In this document: positions 24,840 to 40,066 of the stretch, piece by piece
Layout: each line of letters opens with the position of its first letter
How positions within the stretch are numbered: the first letter of the stretch is position 1
From: Monosiga brevicollis MX1
Taxonomy: Eukaryota
Direction: 5' to 3'
NCBI RefSeq assembly: GCF_000002865.3
Contig: NW_001865087.1
Location: 135,049-185,746 of the forward strand
DNA length: 50,698 nt
Notes under the pieces: generated by a model
What the model was told of the DNA's origin: nothing
The model's input: only the letters and a program-made list of their open reading frames with translations
The model's database searches: none
Position numbers and translations under genes: made by a program

Positions 24840-25515
24840 GATAGTAGAGAGGAGAGAGGAGAGAAGAGAGTACAGAGGAGAGAGTGCATATAGAGAGGAG
24901 AGAGGAGAGAGGAGAGAGGAGAGAGGGGAGAGGGGGGAGAGGAGAGTAGAGAGTAGAGTAGGGAGAGTAGAGAGTAGAGTAGGGAGAGTAGAGTAGGGAG
25001 AGTAGAGAGTAGAGAGTAGAGAGTAGAGAGTAGAGAGGAGAGAGGAGAGAGGGGAGAGGGGGGAGAGGAGAGTAGAGAGTAGAGTAGGGAGAGTAGAGAG
25101 TAGAGTAGGGAGAGTAGAGTAGGGAGAGTAGAGAGTAGAGAGTAGAGAGTAGAGAGTAGAGAGTAGAGAGTAGAGAGTAGAGAGTAGAGAGTAGAGAGTA
25201 GAGAGTAGAGAGTAGAGAGTAGAGAGTAGAGAGTAGAGAGTAGAGAGTAGAGAGTAGAGAGTAGAGAGTAGAGAGTAGAGAGTAGAGAGTAGAGAGTAGA
25301 GAGTAGAGAGTAGAGAGTAGAGAGTAGAGAGTAGGGAGTAGAGATCAGAGACCAGAGAGTAGAGAGTAGAGAGTAGAGATCAGAGATCAGAGAGTAGAGA
25401 GTAGGGAGTAGAGGAGGGAGAGGTGAGAGTAGGGAGTAGGGAGTAGAGAGTAGAGAGAAGAGATCAGCGATCAGAGAGTAGAGAGTAGGGAGTAGAGAGT
25501 AGAGAGTAGAGAGTA
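24840..25515. repeat. (AGAGTAG)n heptamer satellite with degenerate flanks
   Basis: Near-perfect array at about 25125-25333, with AGGGAGT, AGAGATC and AGAGGAG variants around it. Confidence 0.95.
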
Positions 25516-26305
25516 GCATAGAGACAGAAAGAGAGCGGGAGAGCAGCGAAGAGAGAGGAGAGAGAGGAGAGGGGTGAGCGTCGGGAAAAGAGGAGAGAGA
25601 TGAATTGGGAGGCAGTCGAGAGGGTCGCGTCGAGAGGGTAAGAACCGGATCAAGAGCGTTCGAGGGCATGGAGAGAGAGCGTAGAGACAGAAAAAAAAAA
25701 GTGACGGCACGCGAGTGAGACAACCGAGGAGGAGATGGAGACATTGAGTAGACGGTGAAGACGGAGCAGGTTGTGGTGAAGGACCGAGAGAAGACTTGGA
25801 GACGACGGAAAGGAACACACACAAACGAAAGAGAGAGCGAGAGAGGGGGAGAGAGGCAGCTTCGTAATGGAGGGCACCTTGTCTTGATCGGGGCCTGCCT
25901 GTGGTGGCTTTGGAAGGCACTGGTGCCATGACTTTTACTCCCAAACCGCAGAAGTCATGGGAAAGGCGCCTCTGTCGCCTGAGAAGGTGCGCGCCAGGGA
26001 CAAGATATCCACGCATGTCTGAAAAAACGCCACATCAGAAGCGCTCGCGTAAGCATCACACAAGCACAGCAGAGGTACTCAAGAGAGGGAAGAAAAAAAA
26101 GAGAGAGGGAGAGGTGGCAATATGAATTGACGTCGCAAGCCAATGCAAAATTTCTATCGCAGGGTCGGCACAATCGGTCCTCATTGTTTCGAGACCAATG
26201 TTGGCTGGGTTGCATCCCGGCCAAGACTTGCGGCGGCTAATCCCAGATGTCCCCAAGGTGTTGGTAATTCAGTCGCATTGTATGGGAGAAGAAGAAGAAG
26301 AAGGA

Positions 26306-26689
26306 NNNNNNNNNNNNNNNNNNNNNNNNNNNNNNNNNNNNNNNNNNNNNNNNNNNNNNNNNNNNNNNNNNNNNNNNNNNNNNNNNNNNNNNNNNNNNNN
26401 NNNNNNNNNNNNNNNNNNNNNNNNNNNNNNNNNNNNNNNNNNNNNNNNNNNNNNNNNNNNNNNNNNNNNNNNNNNNNNNNNNNNNNNNNNNNNNNNNNNN
26501 NNNNNNNNNNNNNNNNNNNNNNNNNNNNNNNNNNNNNNNNNNNNNNNNNNNNNNNNNNNNNNNNNNNNNNNNNNNNNNNNNNNNNNNNNNNNNNNNNNNN
26601 NNNNNNNNNNNNNNNNNNNNNNNNNNNNNNNNNNNNNNNNNNNNNNNNNNNNNNNNNNNNNNNNNNNNNNNNNNNNNNNNNNNNNNNNN
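26306..26689. other. Assembly gap
   Basis: N run. Confidence 1.
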
Positions 26690-27717
26690 TTGTCCTTGGC
26701 AAACTTGCAGAGACGCGTCTTGGCGCGAGCCATGTTTAGAATGGGCTTGCGCTTGGCCGCCGGCTCACCATTGGCTACAACATCCACCCCCACCCCACCC
26801 CAAATACACATGTAAACAGGTGAATGCACAAGCTCGCACCAGCGAGCCCCGGTGGTCCGTGTAGATCCCTGAACAAGAGGAAAAAAAAAAGAAAAGAAAC
26901 GATCATCGTACGGTTATTCATCATGGCTGCCATGGCCATTGGGTTTACAGCTCCCGTTTGCATCATGGTCATGTACATGGTGGCTGCACAGAGTTCAGAA
27001 CGCGGGGCGGGGGGTTGAGATGTCCGGTGCGCCGCGGCCAAGAAAAAAGAAAAGTAGAGAGCTTGACGAGCAGGGCAAGGAAAGAGTTGAGAGAAAACTG
27101 TCGAGCTACCTTACCGTTGGCACCGCGTAGCTCGTGAGGACCATGCGCAAAGATACACTTGTCACCATAGCGGCAACTCCCTGCAATTGAGCGCACCGAA
27201 CCGGGCGACATCAAGTAAGTACTTCGCCCCCTCGCAGCAGCCAACAGAGTCTTTCAAACAAAGGCAGGCAAACGTGCAGCCACTCGTCGGCAAAGCGACA
27301 TGAGCCCGTTGACGAGCCTGACGACGCACCGGTGGTCATAAACTGGGTACACAAACGGGTCTTCAGGCGAGGGTTCTGCGTGGGATCGCGAATCTCCGAG
27401 GAGCTCATGCTGCGCTTGCCCGAAAGCGGGGTGCGATGAACGCTGCCCTCGGGCATAGATCCACCAGCAACTGATGTCGCCGCAGCCGGTACCCCAGCCG
27501 ATGACTCTGCCGCCGTGCGCGGCTCGCGACCATCCCCATCCTGCTCGTCTCGCTCGCCATCGTCATGATCATCCTCCTGCTTTTGTCGGATCGTTGCAGG
27601 CGCAGCATGCCCAGTCGTCATGTTCTTTGCAACACCAGCAGCTCCATCCTTTTCGCCCGCCATCGTCGTCGCCGCCGCCGTTGCCGCCGCCGCCGTCGCT
27701 CCCGTTGTCTCCGCCAT
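26690..27717 (-). CDS. Tandem CCCH zinc-finger RNA-binding protein (TIS11/ZFP36-related); 3' end lost in the gap
   Basis: Finger 1 LKTRL-CTQFMTT/GSCRYGDKCIFAH (CX8CX5CX3H), spliced across an intron. A second lead-in AKTRLCKFAKD runs into the gap. Confidence 0.85.
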
Positions 27718-27954
27718 GATCTCTCGTCGTCGAGTTTAATCAAAAGGCGACTCCATCTCTGCTTTTGAGACTTGATTCGAGCTCATCTCTTCTTCTCCCT
27801 TGAAGTGCCTGCTGTTTACGATGATTCCAGCTCGCGATTCAACGCCATCTCTGCCAAAATCTCTCAGTCTCTCTCTCTCCCTTTGCTTTTGCTCACACAT
27901 GTCAACGGATTTTGAGAGGAAGAGCATCACGACAACTTTAACCGGTTTACTCAG

Positions 27955-27955
<1 letters not shown>

Positions 27956-27999
<44 letters not shown>
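27956..27999. repeat. (GT)n microsatellite
   Basis: Direct. Confidence 0.95.
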
Positions 28000-28001
<2 letters not shown>

Positions 28002-28415
28002 CTCCCATAGCAAAGGGCGGCGCTCTCTACGCGACCCCCCACTCCCCTGCTCCCCCGCTCCCCTGCTCCCCTGCTCCCCTGCCTCCTTTGCTCCATACGC
28101 TCTTTCCGCTCCTTTCGCTCCTCCTCCTTCTTCTTCGGTGCGCCGCAAAATAACGTCTTTCCCCGCCGGTTCGTTTCCCTGGTCTATTTGTAGTAGGGCA
28201 TCCTTCATTCGAAGGCAGCTTCTGGTGCAGGCTCAATGTCCATGAATTCTTTCGCAGTGTGCTCCACAAACAGGGAAACTGCACCCATGCAACACGAGTC
28301 CAAGCAGGAAGAACACCATCCAGAGTGAGCGGTGCCAAAGACGGCTGGGTTCTAGGCCTTGTCGATCACCTTGGTTGCCCGGTCTTCCGCCCTCGTCGTG
28401 GCCTTGCTCGTTCCC

Positions 28416-31400
28416 TTACTCTGGGCGGCGACAAAGGTAGGCCCCAAACTGCCGAATGTGAATCGTCGGTTGCACGCTATCTAGGCACTGAAAGCGTACA
28501 CCCGTGCCCATGTATGTGACATTTGCCGCCGACAAGTCGATCACGCGATTGCCCACTGTGCCTCCGTTGGTGATCTGGTGCCACAGGCAGGTTCGGCCAG
28601 GAATCGGTCCAGCAGCAAAATCAGATGCGATACCAAAGTGCCAAGGTTCAAGGATCGCAAAACGAGCCTTGACTCACCGGGAGCTCATGCCACACTCCTG
28701 CATCATCCTTTATTTCAATGGTGTAAGCTTTCACCATCTGCACATCCAGCAAGTCACGTAAGCGGGAGACAGCGACACGGAAACCTGCGTCGGCAGTCTA
28801 CACGCGCAGCTTCGCGAGCTGCCGTCCTCAAATCAAGCATGTCCCACCGCACGTACTAACCTGGCCCTGTGTCAAATCCTCGCGGGTGAGCAGGCAAGTG
28901 AATGTCCCCATGTCCTCAGGAAAGTCCAGCTCGATCGGCTCGGAGCAAACCGTAGTCACGTCGTACACCTACACGCCTCCCCAGACGTGAACCACTCAGC
29001 CCACATCTCCACAGCCGTACGCTATGCATCCTGCCCCGCCTCAGCCCGATCCTGTTCAAAGTGACAGCCAGTCCTTTCCCCAGGGCAGCACCACACACCA
29101 CTGCCGTCGGTCGAGCAAAGGATTCACGGAGTGCATTGCCAAAAGTTGTAGTGGCAGCCACGTATTCGGCCGGGATGCGCCCTGCCACAAGACAGCCCCA
29201 TCAGCCGTGGTCAGCAGTCTCAACCCAGGTTTGCCTTTCTCTTTTGAGGCGGTTTGTGGGCTCACCGGTCGTGTCGGGAGGCATGTTCAGAATAAAGTTT
29301 TCCCCTCGGCCAACGGTGAGCATGTAGTGATTCCAAAGCTAAGCATAAAGTGCACGCGAAGGGCATATTATTAGGATGGAACTGCTTGCTCGTCCTGAGG
29401 CCCAAGCGGCAGCCCAGCCAACCTGCGAGGCATTCCAAAAAGAGTGGTTGGCTTTCCAAAACCAGGCATCTCCCGGATTTTGAATCGTGGCATCGGCCTC
29501 ACGTGGTCTATCAAGTGATGCACCACACCAATCAGAAGTCATGTGCTGTGCTGCGTTGGTGCTTGTGGCTATCGATGAACAAGCAGCAACACCGCTCATA
29601 TCAGGCTTACTGAAAATAGTATCCCAGTGGACCGAAGCTTCCAGTGTAGGTTGAGTTGATGGCATTCCAGACGGGGTAATCCCCGACACCTAGGGGGCCA
29701 GACAATGTGATGCGATTCGGGTGACGCCTGATCTAGCCTCGCGATGGCACCTGCTGTCTTGACGGCTCAGCGCGCCAGAGATTGCACATCGACGAGGCGA
29801 CACGAACCAGTCTCGCCGCCTCCAGAGTGGCGAACGTCAGGTCCAGTGCCCAATAGCGTTTCGTTGCTCACGTTGCGCACCAATTGCTCAAAAGCATGCC
29901 AGGCTTGGGGAAAGCAGTAGGGGCTGCTGGTGTTCTGGCAGGCTGGGCATTCGGACAGGCCACCGCAACCTTGGTTGAAGTGGTCCCACCAGAGGCGCGA
30001 GATAAAACCATACCGTGTCAAGACTTCTGTGATCATGCCCATTTGGGCGTGATAGAAGCGTTCGGCCGTGTAATTGAGTACCTAGGTGCGAAACCACAGA
30101 ACCACAATGCACGGTGGAGACGCAATGACCGAGTGATGTTATTGCACAGCCTCTTCTTCACCAGGCCAGCGCTGCGGGCTGGGTTGGGCACCTGCGTAAA
30201 GTAGCCGTTGGCATTTGGTCCAATGTAGAAACAGGGCCGAATGTTGTACTTGTGACAGCTGGCCACAAAGTCTGCCACAATGTCATGTGGATATGGGCTT
30301 TGCATCACCGTATAGTTGGAGTAATTGGATGGCCACAGGCAAAAGCCACCTTGAACACACATGCACACCACGAGCAACAGAGTGAGGGTGGGATAGTGCG
30401 GCAGGGCCATACCGGAGCACTTTGCTTTCAAGTGCGAGGGGCGCAGGGGACGCACCTTCGTGGTGCGCTGTAAGACAAATTTCTCCAGCTCCCATGTCAA
30501 CAGCCGTTTGGACCCACTGGTCTGTCGCGGTTAAGCCGTTTTCGTCCGGGCCCATGGCCGTCGGATTGAAGATGGAGGCGGGCAGGCAGGAGCCATCGAC
30601 GCAGTCGTGCTCAATGTTGCCTGGGTACGTTCGGGCGCGGGTTACAACGTCAATGCACCGAGGCATGGCATTTGGGCAAGGGAGGAGTCGGGGCGAGGGA
30701 GATGAGGGGGGAAGGGGCTGTCTGAGCCACACTGATGGGCAAGAGGTGATGGCGAGTGGGGGTCCAGCGCACCAAACGTAGTGACGGAGAAGTGCATAAA
30801 TTGAGTCAATCCCATGTCCATGTACTCGAGCTGGCGGACAGAAGGACGAGGAATGCCTGGAAGCAAGGTGGGACCAGGGCAGGTTGAGAATGAATGAGCA
30901 TCTGATAAAAGCACCCGAGCCGACATTTTCACGACGCGCCTCTCCATGCTGTTGCGTTTCTCTTTGGGGCGGGGCAAGGTCGTGCGTTTGGGCGTGCCTA
31001 CCGGCAGGGCGAATGGGTTTGTGGCCGGTGATGACAATGCCATTGTAGGAGGATGGGTGTGCATCCGGGACGGCGCTTTTCAAACCACAGCAATGCTGTG
31101 AGCCTAGGGCGTGAGGGATGGGCAGAGCGTTCAAGGGTCGATCGGACTGGTTTGGTGAGTCGATCAAATAGCGGGGTTATGTTGATGTTTTTCTTTCCAG
31201 ATGGCGGTGTGGGAAGCCCGTACCGGCGGGTGCGCTGGTGCACACATGGGGGGCTGTGTTGTAAGTAAAGGCCTGGCATTCTTCATCTTGGCAGCAGAGG
31301 GCTACGCAATCATCCACTGTCGAGTTGATGGGCAGCTCAATCCAGTCGTAGTCACTGCCAGTCCGCGTCTAAGGGGGGTTTCCATCGTTCAGTGTCTGTG

Positions 31401-31588
31401 AGGAGGCAGTCCATGACGAAAAGGGGGGATGGAAGCGAGTCGCAAGCGGCATCGCAGCCAAAGGAACGGACCAAAAGCACAGGAGGACCAACCGTGTTTG
31501 CGGGATCAACCGTCATGTTGCACGCCGGCAGTGCGCCAGCAACCGCCAGGACAAGGGCTGCCCACCCCAACAAAAGTCGCTGACACAT
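28416..31588 (-). CDS. Secreted alpha-L-fucosidase (GH29) with an N-terminal PAN/Apple domain and a C-terminal beta-sandwich (F5/8-CBM32-like); multi-exon
   Basis: Signal peptide MCQRLLLGWAALVLAVAGA. GH29 motifs PRPSVRQLEY, FMHFSVTTF, FNPT, DQWV, LTAHHEGGFCLWPS, DIVADFVASC, nucleophile region RLWWD, FILNMPPDTTG. C-terminus GGTVGNRVIDL...VRFQCLD...IRQFGAY...PE*. Confidence 0.88.
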
Positions 31589-31608
31589 GATCGCTTTCAC
31601 GTATGACT

Positions 31609-31685
31609 AGAGAGAGAGAGAGAGAGAGAGGTCGAGCGCCAATAGAATCAGAATCTTGCCCCACGCCCACTGGGTCAACACACGT

Positions 31686-31726
<41 letters not shown>

Positions 31727-31892
31727 CGCTCTCACTCGCTCTCACTCGCTCTCGCTCTTCTTGGATCCACCCTGAACGGAGACGGGTCGCGTCTCCCTGT
31801 CGCCGCCACCGCCACACACACACACATCCAAGCGCACAGAGAGAGAGAGAGAGATGAACTTACATGATGTTACATGTACTGTAATGCTTTTA

Positions 31893-31937
<45 letters not shown>

Positions 31938-32149
31938 AGAGAGAGAGAGAGTTAGAATTGTGGGAGAGAGAGTTAGAGTTAGAGAGAGAGATTTAGAGAG
32001 AGAGAGAGTTTGAGAGAGATGAAAGAGATCAAGAGATTTAAATGTCAGCATTTTCGAGCTGTTTGCGATCCAAAAAAGTGAGATCAGAGATCAAGAGAGA
32101 GAGAGATCAAGAGATCAAGAGAGAGAGATCAAGAGAGAGAGAGAGAGAG
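31609..32149. repeat. GA/CA microsatellite cluster between the divergent glycosidase genes
   Basis: Direct. Includes GAGATCA variants near the gap. Confidence 0.9.
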
Positions 32150-32352
32150 NNNNNNNNNNNNNNNNNNNNNNNNNNNNNNNNNNNNNNNNNNNNNNNNNNN
32201 NNNNNNNNNNNNNNNNNNNNNNNNNNNNNNNNNNNNNNNNNNNNNNNNNNNNNNNNNNNNNNNNNNNNNNNNNNNNNNNNNNNNNNNNNNNNNNNNNNNN
32301 NNNNNNNNNNNNNNNNNNNNNNNNNNNNNNNNNNNNNNNNNNNNNNNNNNNN
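32150..32352. other. Assembly gap
   Basis: N run. Confidence 1.
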
Positions 32353-32551
32353 GGGGGGGTAGGTATTGGAGATAGACACAACAATCATGGACGGCTCGGC
32401 AGCTCGGCAGTTCAACAGCTCCAGGCTCGGGAGCTTGACCCACTTGACCAGGGCTCGGCGTGCTGTTGCTTGGGGGATCGTCTGTGTGCGCGTTGGTATG
32501 TCTTGCTGTGAGGCTCACGCGGCTTGGGTGTGGATGAATTAGGATTGCAAC

Positions 32552-35500
32552 ATGGCAGGGTGCGGGGTGCAGCCGCTTCGATTTGTAGTGTCAGCCCTTT
32601 GGTTGGGGCTGTTAGCACTGCAAAAGGCGCCAGTGGCAGCAGCATCAGAGTTGCCAGCCCCATTTGCGCTGCGAGCCGATCTTCGCGCATCTCCAGCTCT
32701 GGTCAGGCGCCGTTCTTTCAAGCTCCTCATTTGCCCTTTTACTCTGCCCTTGCATGCTGCTCCGTCCGATTGCTCGTCTTGTCTCTTCTGCCCTGTCCGC
32801 TGCTTCTTGCCCAAAGGATCTCACATATGCCTGACATGTGAACGTAGAGCGTGTCGCCACGACCGCGTCTGGATTGGCGACTCTCGAGCGAAGCGTGTGG
32901 CCAGGGCAATGCCAATCAAACGATGCCTTGTGTTCAATCCGCCTACCAACTTCAGTTGACCATGCCCAACCAGAGTGTTATTGAATCCGCGCCCACCAAT
33001 ACCTCTGTCACCCTCAATCAGCCCTTCCCGACGGCCCTCCCCGATCTGGCATCAGGCGCCGCTTACCTCATTCGTGTTCGCGTCTTTTTGTCAGCGCAAG
33101 GTTTGCCGGCTTGCAAAACGCACCGAGCACCCGTGGCCCAAGATTGCCATCTCGCACTGACAACCGCCCTGCCGTCTTCCCACCGCAGGTGGGGTCACAG
33201 CCTGGTCCAGCCCCCTCCTGCTGACAACGCAGCCTACGCCCGACGTTTGGTCCACCCATGCCGTGCCCGTTTGGCTCAACGACTCCAGGTAGGATCGACA
33301 ACAGCCCGCCTATCAATGCACAGCCGCATGTGTACTTAAGAGTGCACTGGCTCATATTTTCTCCTATTTCAGCTATGTCTTCTTCCGCAAGACGTTGACC
33401 TGGTCCGCAGCGCAAGGGGCTGTGGCCATTACTGCCCTGGTGGCGACACGCGCCGAAGGCAGCTTGCAAAAAATACTTGGTATAGCCCTCACCTCCTTCC
33501 ACTCGAGCAAAAGTTCTGCAAACGACACCACCATCTCTCTGATGTCAATGCTTCCTGCCAGGTGCTTACAGGCTGGGCATCGAGGGAACCTGGTTGACCA
33601 TGGGGCCTGGGCGTAGCACCTGCCCCAATGCCAATACCAGCTGCGTCCTGTATGATACACTTGATGTTTCCCTGGCCATGATGCCAGCCACGCGAGGCCA
33701 ACCCGTCACCGTCGCCCTTCAAAGTTACCACGCCACCTCGGGCGCCCAACGCGTGGCCCTCGCTCTGATCGCCCACCTACCGGATGGCACACAAACCATC
33801 CTTGCTTTGGATGACTCTTGGAAAGCCTGGAATGCCGATTCTTACTTTAATCCAGGACCATCCATTGGCCCAACCTATACCCAACCCCAAGAAAACCTCA
33901 TGGCCGCAGCTTTCCCTCTAGGTATGTCGGCACCGCCAAGTCATGCCGTGCAAACAGTTTCACGCCACACAGTCAGGCATCAACTCCCTTTCAAGCTGCA
34001 CCAACCAGCTTTCACGTCCCAGCCTCATGCGCCCACCTCCTTCCGCTCGTTAGGTTGGACCAAGTCAGGGTTTGCCGACGCGCACTGGAATGCCCCAGTG
34101 CTCCAGTCGCCATGGGCCGAGCCTCCACAGCCGAAAACCACGCCGCCTTTGCTGTTTGAAACTGGAGCACAGGCCCGCGTCTCCCAAATTGACACATACA
34201 CCTGGGCGTTTGACTTTGCCACCGAGATCATGGCGGGCTTCCAGGTCCAACTCAATGTACGCAAGGCTCCTGACATGCTTTTTCCATAAAAAGATTAGCC
34301 TTGCACTTTGTGCTTGACGGAACTGTGACAAACTACTCTAGATACGCGCCTCCTTCCTTGTCTTCTCATTTGCCTTGTGTCGATCGCAGGCACCTGCCCA
34401 CAGCGAGTTTATCGTCCGATTGGGCGAAGAACTTACCGATGCCAAAGGGCATGTACTTGATCCCATGCGAACGGGAAATAACTACACTTTTCTATGGTGA
34501 GGCAAACGACGCTTTTTACTGGCATGGTCTCTTGGTAGGCCAAACGCATCACTCATTCCAGGTGGGCGTGAGTGGCCAGGTCAATGCCGCCCGACGCGGA
34601 AACGGGCTACTTTGAGATGCACGACTACGTCCTCTTCCGCTATGGCACCATCCAATGCACATCGTGCACGGTAAGTCGTGTGGCACGGTACTGACGGCCT
34701 AGGCTTGATTCAAACACCTTGTTGACTCACCACCATCGACCCGATTCTCAGACGGAGAAGGTGCCGTCACCCAACATCGAGGCTTGGAGCGTGCGATACC
34801 CCTTTGATGTCAACGCTACTACTTTTGCTGGGTACACCCACCACTCTGACCCGCCAGGCGTTCTGCTCCATGTTCACGATCAGTCATACCTACGAGTCTC
34901 ATGCTGCGTGGACTCCCTCTGTAGACCAGAACCCTTACAGAGCCTTTGGCAACTTGCACACAACACCGTGATTCGCACTTCCCTCGACACGATGACCGAT
35001 AGCAACACTCGTGAGCGACTGCCATATGAAGGCGATGCGTAAGATGGGTTGTGGGCGAGCAGTTTGGGCCGCACCGAGCAGCATCTGCGCCTTCGAACTC
35101 TGACGATGCTCACTTGACACTCTCGCTCTAGGTACATCACTGCCATGTTGGCCAACTACTTTACGGACGACTATCTGGTCAGTCATGTGTCTTGCTCGCA
35201 TCACTTGGCAGAAGACCAAGAAGAAATCGCTGGTCGCTGTTTGCTTGCGTAGTCCAGCTGATGACTCTACTGTCCACTTTCAATTGACGCCTTCTTGGTA
35301 GTGGGGCACGCATTCGCTGGCCCATCTCTTGAATAATCCGACCTGGCCCACTGAATGGCGTCAAGTGAGACCACGGCGCACAAACCTGTTTCTCCAAATG
35401 GACAAGTCCTCACGGCACTTGCCGCGCCGATTTTCTTCACCCCCTTGCTGCTAATGGGGGCGCAGATGACCGTCTTAACAGCCGAGCTGCTTTACAATGC

Positions 35501-36888
35501 TTCTCTCGACAATTCGTTCTATGAACAGCAATTCCAGCTCTTGTGGGCCAATACGCAAGCAGATTGCATCAACCCGAAAACAGGCCTGGTTGACTTTACA
35601 CAGGCACGTCATTGGCCTCGACAAGCTGGATTTGATACAAGATACCCTGTTTAGCTCACATCTGTCACCGTTGGACGCCTGTGCATAGTGCCCGCGCATG
35701 GCAGGCACCCGAGACGTGATTGACTGGCCTCAGGCGGCACGGGACAATTACGTTCTCAATGATTGCAATAGCATTGTCAACGCGTATGCGGCTGCAGGGC
35801 TGGGTGCGCTTCATGTACGTTGTGCCCTCCCAACACGTGTTTGCAACATTGCACGATGCGTTGTGCGAGTGCGACATCGACCACCCTCACTCGTCTCTGC
35901 GGCTCGTACTAGCGCCTCTCGGCAGCGGCAGGGCAAACCAACGCTAGCCTAGGGCCATTGGCTGCCAATTTACGCCGTGGCTACAATGCAGCCATGCTGG
36001 ACACTTCCACTTGCCTCTATCGCGATGGCGTCAATGTGTCACATGCGGCTGTGCATTCAACCTACTTTGCAATTTGGTTGGGCATGGCCAATGGCTCGCA
36101 GTGTGAACCAGACGCTGCCGCTCTGTGGAATCGTACAGGAATGATCCCAAGTGTCTACGGAGCTTTGGCCGTTGTGGGGGCACTGGCTGTGTAAGTTGTT
36201 GCCACAACCTGCCTATTCTCGTCCATCGATTGCTCAGAAGAAATCAAGTCTTCACGTGGCTTCTTCTTGACAACATCAGACAAGACACGTCGGGTGAGGC
36301 ACTGTGGCGGCTGCTGTCCGATTGCTCGAGCAATAGCTGGTGTGATATGCTCAAGAACAACGCCACCACCACTCTGGAAGTAAGACGCAAATCAGCTTGG
36401 GTTGGACTGCATCCTCTCTGTTTTTGCCTCACGCAAGCACACTTGCTGCTTGGGCCTGTGCGCAAAACATCAGGCTTGGAATGTGGCAGATAAGCCAAAC
36501 TTGACCTGGAGTCACCCATGGGGCTCGACCTTTGTCGCTGCTCTTGTTCGTCTGTTGGGTGCGTATTGCAAGCCTGCAAAGCGATGGCGTTTTTCGACTT
36601 CCGCGCTGATGTTGCTGATGCAAACTTTGCTGTCCATCAGGCTTTGCATGTGCGACGCCCGGCTGTATGACTGCAACATGGACACCAATGCAGGCACTTG
36701 GCACCGCTGGAAACACGAGCGTGACCCTTCCGACGCTCGCCGGCGCTTTCACGCTCACGGTCGCGCCGGGGCAGGTGATGGCCCGCATCCCAGGCGGCAC
36801 TCGCCTAACCATGTGTTGTGTCGATGGATCGACGTGCGTTGAAGTGCATGGTGGCTGGGGCATTACCACGTTAACTTGTCCTGCTTGA
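32552..36888 (+). CDS. Secreted alpha-L-rhamnosidase (GH78), multi-exon
   Basis: Signal-like N-terminus, PRLDW...QSAYQLQ (FN3-like), FDFATEIMAG, VRLGEEL, TSLDTMTDSNTRERLPYEGD (GH78 catalytic region), DVIDWP, MLKNNATTTLE/AW...NLTWSHPWG. Confidence 0.88.
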
Positions 36889-37286
36889 TGTGTCGACCCA
36901 CCAGGTGGCGCCGGCCATTATTTACTTGTAGTTATGGTTGCGCGTAAGGTCTAGAGAAACACGGAACCTTTTGTTTGTAATGCAAGCCCGGCTGTGTGAA
37001 CCGGCGAATCTTACGGCAATCAGCAAAAAGTGATAGAATTGTTTACACATTGATGGGTTCCCAAAATAAGCGCGAATGGAACAGAGAAGCAAGAGCAAAC
37101 GCTCTTGGCGCACGCGCAACTCAAGCCAGCTAGGTCCACACGATAAAGGCAGGCATGTACCACATACTTGAGCGTAGGCATCACAAACACGCACAAAAGA
37201 AAAAAAAAAAAAAGAAGAAGAAGAACAAAGAAGCCAAGAAAACACGGATGAGATAATGAAACAAGACAACGCTGGTCTGGCGTCAT

Positions 37287-40066
<2,780 letters not shown>

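Noticed and set aside
24581..25822. 413-aa ORF of LYSLLST repeats
   Set aside because: It is a translation of the heptamer satellite, with no other coding evidence.
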